Part shown: positions 11,243 to 20,756 of the stretch, one piece after another
Layout of the letters: the number at the start of each line of letters is the position of its first letter
How positions within the stretch are numbered: position 1 is the stretch's first letter
Source of the DNA: Savitreella phatthalungensis
Taxonomy: Eukaryota
NCBI GenBank assembly: GCA_051599415.1
Contig: AP039698.1
Location: 372,001-436,000 of the forward strand
Reading direction: 5' to 3'
DNA: 64,000 bases
Made by a program: the position numbers and the translations under genes
Notes under the pieces: generated by a model
What the model was told of the DNA's origin: nothing
What the model saw: the letters and a program-made list of their open reading frames with translations, nothing else
Database searches by the model: none

Positions 11243-11291
11243 GTACTGTAAGTAACGTACTGTAAGTAACGTACTGTAAGTAACGTACTGT
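11243..11291. repeat. 14-nt tandem repeat GTACTGTAAGTAAC x3, within a degenerate GTACT-rich tract (about 11224-11313)
   Basis: Read directly; a degenerate fourth unit (actgtgagtatt) lies upstream. Confidence 0.9.
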
Positions 11292-11403
11292 ACACTGTAT
11301 ACTGGATACTGTACCGCTCGAAGGGCAGCGTTGTCTTGCTCGATCTGGCCTAGTCTGATCTTGCCTGCTGACCGTGTAGTATGTCTAGCTTTTCCTCCAT
11401 CAT

Positions 11404-11534
11404 CTAGAAGGTCAGAACGTGAGGGATACCATTGGAAGTGACTTGACTTGCCTATCCGTTGGTGTGTTCTTCTTTCTCTTCTTCATCGACCTGTGTCCTG
11501 TGTCCCACTGTGGAAATTCCCGATTGATACTTAC
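11404..11534 (-). other. Probable 5'-UTR intron (131 nt) of a minus-strand transcript, likely the GNAT leader
   Basis: GTAAGT donor at 11534, TTCTGAC branch, CTAG acceptor at 11404; a CA-rich tract just upstream resembles other 5' ends in this window. Confidence 0.55.
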
Positions 11535-11601
11535 ATTAGTCGATCGATCGATCCATGGATCGTGAAATCTAAATCTGTGGTGAGTAGGTACAGATAGGTG
11601 C

Positions 11602-11605
<4 letters not shown>

Positions 11606-11634
<29 letters not shown>

Positions 11635-11690
11635 GATGTGAGAGAGTGTGTGTGTGAGTGTGGATGTGAGTGTGGATGTGTGGATGTGTA
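11606..11690. repeat. (GT)n microsatellite with degenerate GT/GGAT-rich extension
   Basis: About 14 perfect GT units at 11606-11634, then a degenerate tract. Confidence 0.9.
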
Positions 11691-12070
11691 AGAGGTGGTG
11701 GAGTGGTGGAGAAGGAGGATGATTAGTGGATGATGAATTGATTAATTGGTAGGCGTCATTGGATTGGACAAGAAGAAGGAAAAGGCAAACGAAAAGCGAA
11801 TTAGCTTTCCTGGCATCACAAGCGAGCCGATCTCCTGGCTCTCCTTCCGATTTTGACCTCGTAAAATGAAAAGGAATTGCGTTCTTGGTCAAACGTCCTC
11901 AGATTCAAAAACAAAGTATCTTCAATGATTGAGAAATCTGATCTTCACAGTCTCCAGACTCGGATTCTCTTCTAGCTTGTGGGTGATTGAGCTCTCCGTC
12001 TTGACCAGATTGAGATTGACAGGGACGCTGGAGGCTGTGACGGTGGTAGGCTGTGTTGAATGCATCATTG

Positions 12071-12393
12071 TGCGGATCTGATACCGGACTTCTTTTTCCC
12101 TTTGTCAGCTTGATTCACATACAGGCCTCTTAAGCGAGTGATCTGCAGAGGCTCAAACACCGGTGATCCTGAATGTGGTGACCGTTTCATCCGTAGGAGA
12201 CCGAATGGAAAAGTGATTTATTAGGTGGGGGCGAAGGGGTCATCCCAATTCATTTAGTCAATTGAGAATCGAAACGGCGGGTCGGATGGTTACAGCCTAG
12301 TTCAGACTGAGCGGAAGAGACTTTCAGGTGGAACGACTTCCCCACCCGCTCGATCATCACTGGCGGAGCGGCCCGAGAATTTTAATGTCCGCA
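12071..12393. ncRNA. Candidate structured noncoding RNA, family not recognised
   Basis: Five mutually compatible stems found by eye (see findings); no ORF over 60 codons; no full match to RNase P/MRP, U-snRNA or SRP motifs. Confidence 0.25.
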
Positions 12394-13486
12394 ATTTAGG
12401 TCTGCAAAAAATTCTGACTGCGACTAGATACAACAGACTAGATCGAAAGTCTGGTGACAGGTCTCAGATGGTCAAAGCCATCTTGCATCCCGTCGTATTT
12501 CGCAACCGTCTGGGCCGGTCGACCCGAGACTACGGTCACTCTCTCACAAGAACTGTTGCCCCTGCCCTATTCCGCAAAACCGAGAAGATGTTGGCAGGTA
12601 TCCGTATGGGCCCAGGCCATTCTGAACTTCCAAGTGGTGATTTCATGCGAGGCTGGAGATACCACAGCCAGGAAAACATTCCTCTGCATATGCTCTGAAA
12701 AATGGGTGAGTGAGGTATGCAGATATAGCAGAGTAATAACCTCCGGCGACACAAGCAGCCAAAATACGATGCACTAAACAGGGAAGAAAAACAAGAGAAA
12801 GAAGAGAAAGAAGAGAAAGGGGAAAAAGCCATGAGAAGCGTTTACCAAGCGAGCGAGGCGTGTCAACCGCCCTACAAGGACAAGATCATCAGCAATCAAA
12901 AGCCGATAGGTCTGCGATTGGAGAGCGGTAGCAGAGCATTTTCATAATCAACGACTAGTCATCAACAATCTGTCTGGTTGGCTGTAGCAATCATAGCGTT
13001 TGAAGAAATGCTTAGACACCTCTTCCGTGCCTGATGAGCAGCATGCAGAGTATTCCATGTCAGGGATGCTCATGACAGACGGCGCCATATCATTCGATGC
13101 TTTTGGATGCATCTTAGGGATGCTGTCGTGACTATGCGTATGTCCATCGCGGCGGCGTGACGAGGCGGATTGTTCAAGTGCGATTAGCATATAATTGGTA
13201 TTAGAGAATCGACCAGGTGTCGGTGCGAAATACGTGTCTGGACCATGCTCATCGAGTGAACAAAGCCTCATCAGCTACTTGACCGTGGCGAGGCGCGGGA
13301 CTTGTTCTTCTGGGGAATAGCTTTCTGCAATGTTGGATGGTTGAGTATGTGAAATTTATACTCTGAAACACATAATCTTTCAGCCAGTCTGTCTGCAGAA
13401 CACCTGAACTGGCTCGAGGCTGCAAAAGATAAACGCCACCACCCGCAGTCAGGCTCATCTGCAACACACCACTCAAAGTCTCAAGC

Positions 13487-14130
13487 ATGTCATCCAAGTC
13501 CGATCACGACGCTCTGAATGATTCGGCTGAAAGGAAACCGCTTTGTAGCACCGCCACATCTCATCCAGTGTCTCAGGAACTAGGTGGCAAGAAGGAGACC
13601 GATCATTGTGATCGTCAGAACACGACTCGTCCAAACGATGCAGCCTACGAAGTTCGCCCTGACCAGCAAAGTATCGAGGTCCGTAAAGCTGCCAAGCAGT
13701 TCGGACTGATAAGCTCTTCGTCGGCGGTGGAGCTGGCAGCGTTGTGTCTGCTTGAAGAGCAGGAAAGAGCGTATGAAGCACAAGTCCTGAGCAACTATGC
13801 GTTGAGCGTCAGGTTGATTGAACAAGTCGATTTGCCGTACCACATGATTTCCCCACTCCCTGAGGTGATTCCACCAGGACCCAAGTTTGACAATCATTCA
13901 AAGCCCTCACAACACACACACAGTCAGCGCTTGCTGAGTACTTCTCAACAACGTCAGTCTGATCTAACAAACTGCTCAAAGATCCCGACAAAGAATAGGC
14001 ACTCGACTCGCACTACATCGAGAATGGCGCCGAAGTGATCAAAGTAGACGCTAATTGTGGTGAGCCTCTTGTCATCGAGTACTCACCGATTGAGGACTTT
14101 ATTTATACGATTGTCTGCGGGTGAGCTTTG
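13487..14130 (+). pseudogene. Orphan 183-aa ORF (13487-14038), possibly a decayed gene continuing in another frame through stops
   Basis: ATG start and protein-like core (EVRKAAKQFGL, LLEEQERAYEAQVL). A second frame from about 13891 reads QSFKALTTHTQSALAEYFSTTSV*SNKLLKDPDKE*ALDSHYIENGAEVIKVDANCGEPLVIEYSPIEDFIYTIVCG*. No family recognised. Confidence 0.3.
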
Positions 14131-14504
14131 GCAAGACGTCAGAAAAGACAATCACTCGAATTTTTAAAGGCTTTCCTAGTAACCCGTGTCAGCATTTGAA
14201 GACATAATCATATTGCTCAACGACTGTATGACCAGAGTCCTTGATCAGCGCTCGCACGCGTGTAAACTGCAATTATATCTGTACACTGACACGTTTTCCG
14301 ACTGAGTGACAACATGTATTTATGTCACTCGCGGGAAAGCAGCGCAGTCGGTCGTCCTCATATTGTCTGGTAGGGCTGTCTAATTGGTCCACGTCTCTTA
14401 CAAAGAGTCGTACTTCCTGCAGCTATAAACCACTCATGCATGCGTCCAAACAACCGAGATAAATGCATTATGTCGTTTCATCATCATATGCAGTCCGTTC
14501 TAGA

Positions 14505-15175
14505 TTACAGAAGCGATAATTTGCCGGTAACCTGATCGATCAGAGTCTTTGGTCCTGGTCCTGTAGACAAGTTTGTTAGCCTGGATTGTTGAACGCGAAT
14601 GCATAATCACGTGCGTCACTTACCGATTCCGAGCACTGTAGCGGAGCCTGCAGCGATCTGAGTCCGCCCTGCGTCATGAATGATCTCGGCAATCAAGCCA
14701 AGACTCATCGCCTGAGCCTGTAACAACTCAAGCTCCTGCTCACCGCCCGCAGGAGCTTTCAAAGCGATCTTCGTCTGACCCTCCCGCTCGTATTTACGCA
14801 CGAGCTCAGGATATTTCCGTGCAGCTTTCTTGTAGCAGGCCAACGTCGCGTGTCCACATTGCTAGTCAAGCTGTCAGTCACAATCCAAGCAAGATGGTAG
14901 GAGAGGCATGTGGAGATCCTTACTGCAGCAATCTTGCCTTTTGTCATCCCGAGATCTCCACGAACAACGTAGATCAGCTTGTTCTCCTCATTCGGCAGAT
15001 TTAAATGTACACTTGAGGGCTCGTCGTCATCGCTCTCATCATCGATCGTAGCAGAGGATGGGCTAGCGGCCGCTGCGAGAGGCGTCTGGAGCGTACGTAA
15101 TATCAAGTAGGTCGCAAGTGAGGATGCAATAGCTGTCACAGCACATGGCAAAGCCAGCTCTGTAGTTGAAGGCAT
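14505..15175 (-). CDS. PTH2: Peptidyl-tRNA hydrolase 2; exons 15175-14924, 14861-14624, 14560-14505
   Basis: Removing introns 14923-14862 (GTAAGG..CTGAC..TAG) and 14623-14561 (GTAAGT..CTAAC..CAG) gives VVRGDLGMTKGKIAA|QCGHA...DAGRTQIAAGSATVLGIG|PGPKTLIDQVTGKLSLL*; N-terminal hydrophobic anchor. Confidence 0.95.
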
Positions 15176-15574
15176 TCAGAAGGATTACAAGAGACAGAAT
15201 TACCGCTAAATAGCCTCACAGAATGATGAGTATCAGACTGAAGAGCCTGAAGGAAGACTGCAGGCTAGTGTGCAGATGCTGCTATATGAGAGATGACGAT
15301 TGTCGAGTACGATCACACTGTCAGTCACGTGTAAATCTGTCTGTCAAACACGTCTCACGAAAGGAAAAAAAACAAAAAGCTAGTTCGAGTAATATGCACA
15401 CACACTTCAGGACAAGAACAAAGTCGAACTCAAGTACGTTTGCATTAAGACGCGGTGACAAGGACATCCAGTCAAGATCACTCCTGAATACGCAGCTAAA
15501 CCAGGGGATGCTCTCTTGATTGACAAAGCATAACATCCATTCATTTAGACTCTATAAGAGTGCCTGTTCTCACC

Positions 15575-18500
15575 ATGGCAGATCTTGTCACCCTCCTTAG
15601 CGCTCTCACCAGCGTTGACAACAACGTACGAACACAGGCAGAGAAGTCTCTGAATGAGGAGTGGATCGCTCAACGGCCTGATGTCCTTTTGGTAGGACTA
15701 GCAGAGCAGGCAGGAGCAGCGCAGCAGGTTGCCCTGAGATCCTTCTCCGCCGTCTTGCTTCGGAGAATAGCCCCGAAGGACTCTCCCAGCAACACGGGAG
15801 ACCGTGATGATACAGTCTGGGACTCGTGCTCCGGCGAAGCTCAGGCACGCATCAAGGCACTCGTGATAGACGCGTTCGGCAAGGAGAACGAATCTACAGT
15901 CCGCCACAAGCTTGCAGATCTGATTGCAGAGCTCGTTCAGTCCACAAACGAGCCCTGGCCGGAAGCCGTTCAGGCACTCTTCACATGTGCTCAGTCAGCA
16001 CAGCCGAGCTATCGGGAATCCGTCTTCCGTGTGTTTGGCGTGGCGCCGGACATGCTGGAGGATGCTGGCGCTGATCTGAACGCGCTTTTCCGCACAGGTC
16101 TCGAAGATCCTGCGAAGGAAGTCCGTCTTGCCGCCGTCCAAGCCTTCACGATGTTCCTCACTGGCACAGATGATGCCCGCCGCAATGCCCTCGCGCCCCT
16201 CATCCCTGCATTGCTGAACGTCCTCCCGCCGATGCTGGCGGAGAAGGATTCCGAGGGTCTCACATTCGCCTTCAATGCGCTCAACGAGCTTGTCGAAATG
16301 TATCCAAAGATGTTCTCGGCAATCTTCAACAGCATGGTCAACTTTGGTATCGCTGTGCTCAAGGACAAGACGATTGAGGACAGCGCACGACAAGCAGCTC
16401 TTGAATGCCTTGTCATCTTCGCTGAGGGCGCACCTGGTATGTGCCGCAAGGATCCAAACTACGCATCCGAGCTTGTCGTCGAGTGTCTGGCACTACTGAC
16501 AGATCTTGGGGACGACGACGAGGTCCAGGAATGGCTCGATGCAGAAGATATCGATGCTGACGAATCCGATGCCAATCATGTCGTCGGCGAGCAGGCTCTT
16601 GACCGTCTCGCTCGCAAGCTTGGTGGCAAGACACTTCTGCCGCCTGCTTTCACCTGGCTGCCAAAGCTCATCTCCTCCCAGAACTGGCGAGAGCGCCACG
16701 CAGCACTCATGGCACTGTCCTGTATCGCAGAAGGCTGTGAGAAAATCATGCGCGCAGAGCTCGACAAGGTCCTCCAGCTTGTTCTACCCGCCCTCGCTGA
16801 CCCACACCCGCGCGTACGATGGGCAGGCTGCAATGCCATCGGCCAGATGTCCACAGACTTCCAGGGTGATGTGCAGGAGAAGTTCACAGCGCAGGTGCTC
16901 GGTGCCCTGATCCCGGCACTCGAGGCGCCCGAAAGCAGAGTGGCTGCCCATGCATCCGCTGCCTTTGTCAACTTTTTTGAGCAAAGCGAAGAGGCTGATC
17001 TTGAGCCATACCTCGATCCGATCCTCGAACGGCTACTAAATTTGCTCCGCAGGCCTCAGAAGTACGTGCAGGAGCAAGCGGTCACGACGATCGCCACTGT
17101 GGCCGATGCCGCAAACACCAAATTCGCAAAGTACTACAGCGTCATCATGCCACTCCTGATCGGCGTTCTGCGCGACGCTCAGGGTGACGACTACAAATTG
17201 TTACGAGGAAAGGCGATGGAATGTGCATCGCTCATCGCTCTCGCAGTCGGCAAGGAACTATTTGCGCCGCAGGCAAATGAGTTGATCCAGCTGCTCGGTA
17301 ACATCCAGTCATCCCTAGCGCCGGACGATCTGCAGTCGCAGTATCTCATCTCTGCGTGGGGTCGGATTTGCAAGGTGCTCGGAGCAGACTTCCACCCATA
17401 CCTACAGGCCGTCATGCCCCCCTTGCTCGTCTCGGCTAAGCTCAAGCCGGATTTTACAGTTGTTGCAGACGAGGAGGCCAAGGCGGAGTATGCAGAGGAG
17501 GAAGGTTGGGAGTTCTTTCCGGTCCGTGGACAGCACGTCGGCATCAAGACATCGACTCTCGAAGACAAGTGCTCTGCCACGGAAATGCTCGTGATCTATG
17601 CTTCCGAGCTCAAGCAGAACTTCCAGCCGTACGTCAATGATGTCCTGACCGAAATCGCCATCCCAGGACTCACCTTCTTCTACCACGATGGCGTGCGCGA
17701 GGCAAGCTGCCACCTGCTCCCGCAGCTCCTCAACTGCATCAAGCTAGCGACCCCCGGTGCACCTGTTCAGGAGGCCTGGTCGAGTGTGTCCCGCAAACTG
17801 CTTGACCTGCTTCAGCGTGAGCCGAGCATCGAGATCCTCTCTGAGCTCTTCCAGGCCATGTACGAGTGTATCGAGGTCGTGCCTGAGCTGTTGACGGACG
17901 ACGACATGGCAGCTCTCGTGACCTCAACAGAGGCACAACTTCGGGATTACATGAAGCGTGCAGAAACACGTGCAGCTGACCACCGCGCAGGCGACGTCGA
18001 CCTCGAGCAGGACGAGGATGCACTGCTCGAAATCGAAGCTGACGAGACCATGCTCGGTGAGGCCTCAAAGGCACTCCACGTCGTGTTCAAGCACAAGCAC
18101 TCTGCTTTCATCCCACACTGGCAGCGACTCCTCCCTTACGTCGACCGCTTCTCACAAACATCCGACGCAAACTGTCGGCAGTGGGCAGTATGTGTCTACG
18201 ACGATGTGATTGAATTCTGCGGAGCAGATGCATGGCAGTTCCGTGACCGATTCGTCAAGCCCCTTGCCTCGGGACTCACCGACGAGGCAGCTGAGGTGCG
18301 GCAAGCTGCAGCCTACGGTATCGGTGTCGCCGCACAGCACGGTGGCGATGTTTTCTCCGACCTGGTCGCGCAATCTCTCCCAAGTTTGTTCCAGCTGGCT
18401 ACCTCGAGCGAGGCCAAGGACATAGACAACGTGTACGTGACAGAGAACGCGGTCTGCACGATCGCCAAGATCTGCCGATTCAACGCATCCAAGGTCACCG

Positions 18501-18817
18501 ACCTCCCACAGGTTATCCACCACTGGGTCGCTCTCATGCCAGTCACACATGACGAGCAAGATGCGCCATACGCCTACCGCTTCCTCGGCGAGCTGCTCGA
18601 GACGCGTGACAACGCAGTCGTCTCACAGCTGCCACACGTCGCAGACGCTATCGCCCAAGCACTCGAATCAGCCGTCATCGAAGGCAACAACCGCGACCTC
18701 CTCCTTCGCCAATTCAAAACGCTCCTCGCAGGTCTAGGCCAACAGCAAGCACAACAACTCATCACAGCCATTCAGCCAGAATCCAGACGTTCTGTACTCA
18801 TGGCAGCACTGCAGTAG
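15575..18817 (+). CDS. PSE1: Importin beta-3 / karyopherin Pse1/Kap121 (S. pombe Sal3)
   Basis: HEAT repeats; GEQALDRLARKLGGK, DPHPRVRWAGCNAIGQMSTDF, LLRGKAMECASLIALAVGKE, GIKTSTLEDK. Confidence 0.93.
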   Translation: MADLVTLLSALTSVDNNVRTQAEKSLNEEWIAQRPDVLLVGLAEQAGAAQQVALRSFSAVLLRRIAPKDSPSNTGDRDDTVWDSCSGEAQARIKALVIDAFGKENESTVRHKLADLIAELVQSTNEPWPEAVQALFTCAQSAQPSYRESVFRVFGVAPDMLEDAGADLNALFRTGLEDPAKEVRLAAVQAFTMFLTGTDDARRNALAPLIPALLNVLPPMLAEKDSEGLTFAFNALNELVEMYPKMFSAIFNSMVNFGIAVLKDKTIEDSARQAALECLVIFAEGAPGMCRKDPNYASELVVECLALLTDLGDDDEVQEWLDAEDIDADESDANHVVGEQALDRLARKLGGKTLLPPAFTWLPKLISSQNWRERHAALMALSCIAEGCEKIMRAELDKVLQLVLPALADPHPRVRWAGCNAIGQMSTDFQGDVQEKFTAQVLGALIPALEAPESRVAAHASAAFVNFFEQSEEADLEPYLDPILERLLNLLRRPQKYVQEQAVTTIATVADAANTKFAKYYSVIMPLLIGVLRDAQGDDYKLLRGKAMECASLIALAVGKELFAPQANELIQLLGNIQSSLAPDDLQSQYLISAWGRICKVLGADFHPYLQAVMPPLLVSAKLKPDFTVVADEEAKAEYAEEEGWEFFPVRGQHVGIKTSTLEDKCSATEMLVIYASELKQNFQPYVNDVLTEIAIPGLTFFYHDGVREASCHLLPQLLNCIKLATPGAPVQEAWSSVSRKLLDLLQREPSIEILSELFQAMYECIEVVPELLTDDDMAALVTSTEAQLRDYMKRAETRAADHRAGDVDLEQDEDALLEIEADETMLGEASKALHVVFKHKHSAFIPHWQRLLPYVDRFSQTSDANCRQWAVCVYDDVIEFCGADAWQFRDRFVKPLASGLTDEAAEVRQAAAYGIGVAAQHGGDVFSDLVAQSLPSLFQLATSSEAKDIDNVYVTENAVCTIAKICRFNASKVTDLPQVIHHWVALMPVTHDEQDAPYAYRFLGELLETRDNAVVSQLPHVADAIAQALESAVIEGNNRDLLLRQFKTLLAGLGQQQAQQLITAIQPESRRSVLMAALQ

Positions 18818-19218
18818 ACACCAATAGAGAGCAGATACATATACTGCAGCCCAGCCTAGCTCCGCTCAGCGGAGTACAGCACGATACGGCAGAGCAGACT
18901 AGACGACAGATGGCTCAGAAAGAGACAGTATAGCGAGGGATACGGATATGGACAGCACGACTAGCGAGGAGAACGATGTAGCATAGAAGCAGCGAATGAG
19001 CAACCTTAAAGCCAAGCTTGAGAATCCCAGCTGTTCTACTTATCTACCTTCTACACGTGATTCCAATCGTGCCGCCGACGAAGCTTCGATCAAATGTAAT
19101 TTATGTTTTGGATCAATCTCTTTCTTTGATCGTGCCTGGACAAAGCGCATGAGCACATTCACTTTCAGTCCATCTAAGAAGACCATCTTTCCTTTGTTCT
19201 CCAGGTCATACGTACACA

Positions 19219-19665
19219 ATGCGGTCCTCACACAAGCGTAACAGGCGTTCATCAGCCAAAGCTGATCTCGATCAGGTCGACAGAACCTTGCGTGATCCAT
19301 ACCTTCGCACGAAAGCGCTCGAGCCTCGGCCGATCGATGTCGATCTGCCTGGGCTGGGTCAACACTACTGCGTCCAGTGTGCTGTGCACTACGCGAGTGC
19401 TGCTGACCTGACGTCTCACAGGCGCGGGTCGAAGCACCGGCGTCGAGTGAAGCTGCTGAAGGAGGTACCGTACACGCACGAGGAGGCCTCTCTCGCAGGC
19501 GGCATCACTCCTGGCCGTCCGTTGCTCAAGCCGCTCCCGCCACAGGAAGTCCTGCTCGGCATACCAGAGGCAGAGGCCGTCGCACACCTCTCTGCGCGGC
19601 ATCGCAACACCAAGGCCGACCGTGCACGCTCCGCCGGCGGTGAAGCTGATACGGAGATGACTTGA
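19219..19665 (+). CDS. BUD20: Pre-60S export zinc-finger protein Bud20/ZNF593
   Basis: DLPGLGQHYCVQCAVHY...HRRGSKHRRRVKLLKEVPYTHEEA. Confidence 0.93.
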   Translation: MRSSHKRNRRSSAKADLDQVDRTLRDPYLRTKALEPRPIDVDLPGLGQHYCVQCAVHYASAADLTSHRRGSKHRRRVKLLKEVPYTHEEASLAGGITPGRPLLKPLPPQEVLLGIPEAEAVAHLSARHRNTKADRARSAGGEADTEMT

Positions 19666-19799
19666 AGAGGAACCTAACTTGGTGTCCCCACGTGCTCGGT
19701 CACGCGGAGATTCGGACAAGCAACGCTGCGCAGCGCATCGCATCGCAGCGCAACAAACATAACCATAAGACCCTGCCGTGGGCTTTAAAGACGATCGAC

Positions 19800-20750
19800 A
19801 TGCGGATTGTATACACTTGCGAAGAAGCGAGGTTATCGCTACTCTCGCCGGCGACGATCACAGGGATAACCCCACCAGGCGATGACAGCGCACAAGGCGA
19901 TGGTTTCAACGAGCGCGTGCTGGATTCTGGTACGCTGCAGCTTATCGCGGATGATTCTCGCGGGCGGGTGGTGGTGAGGGTGGGTCAGTCGTCTCGGTCG
20001 GTTGTGGTTGGTGGTGTGCCGGTGCCCGTGTGCTATGTGGATGAGGAGAGGGATGCGTACACGATCGCTGTCCCCGGTGGCCGGTACTGGCGAATTGTCC
20101 TCCGCAACCCACCTCCAAAAGACGCCGCCTCCTTCGCGCATGCACTCACTCCCTACTTCGACATCCTCAACGCCCATCCACAATCCACACCCGCAGCCAA
20201 CCAGCTCGTCACCGTACGCCGCAAGGGAATCCTCCTCAAGCATACGCCAACCGCACAGGGCGCGGTGCCAAAGACGCTCGCTGGGCTTTTTGAGTCGCGT
20301 CGTCGGCCGTCTCGATTATCTCGGATTGACGCTTCTGCGGGCGGTGGCTCTCGCCGTGTGACTGCGCCAATGGATGTGGTTGCTGGTGGTGTGGAGGAGG
20401 ACGGGTGGTGGACTGGTGGTCGTGAACGTGCTGACGAGTTGGCCTCCATTCAACGCCACCGCCGCAAATTGCGTCCGAAGCAACAACACCGGCGCCACGA
20501 CGAAGACATCATACTCCAGACAGTTGACGACGACGAATTCCTTAGCGTCCTACAGGATCTCAAGGACAAGCACGCCAGTATCACAAGACGCTTCCGTGTA
20601 CTCCAAGGCGACCCGGACGATGACCAGACGATCACCCTCTCTGACGTCGCTCCCGACAGACCTGTCTGTAGCGGTGGCGACACCAGACACCGTGTTGTGA
20701 CGGTGGCTTTGGTGGTTGCCGTTGCTGCGTTAGCGAGAGCGCTTATGTAG
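19800..20750 (+). CDS. Hypothetical protein with Inp1-like (PH-like) N-terminal domain and hydrophobic C-terminal tail
   Basis: ATG at 19800; ERVLDSGTLQL...VCYVDEE..YTIAVPGGRYWRIVL resembles the recalled Inp1 domain; ends VVTVALVVAVAALARALM. Confidence 0.6.
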   Translation: MRIVYTCEEARLSLLSPATITGITPPGDDSAQGDGFNERVLDSGTLQLIADDSRGRVVVRVGQSSRSVVVGGVPVPVCYVDEERDAYTIAVPGGRYWRIVLRNPPPKDAASFAHALTPYFDILNAHPQSTPAANQLVTVRRKGILLKHTPTAQGAVPKTLAGLFESRRRPSRLSRIDASAGGGSRRVTAPMDVVAGGVEEDGWWTGGRERADELASIQRHRRKLRPKQQHRRHDEDIILQTVDDDEFLSVLQDLKDKHASITRRFRVLQGDPDDDQTITLSDVAPDRPVCSGGDTRHRVVTVALVVAVAALARALM

Positions 20751-20756
20751 AAGGGT

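Noticed and set aside
12288..12296. GGTTACAG, similar to fission-yeast telomeric repeat, suggesting a telomerase RNA template
   Set aside because: Single short match with no recognisable pseudoknot or CR4/5; the telomere repeat of this species is unknown
13473..13781. KSLSVRTAWQLY resembling an HMG-box start (mating-type gene)
   Set aside because: Downstream HMG residues are not convincingly present, and the ORF is antisense to a more plausible frame
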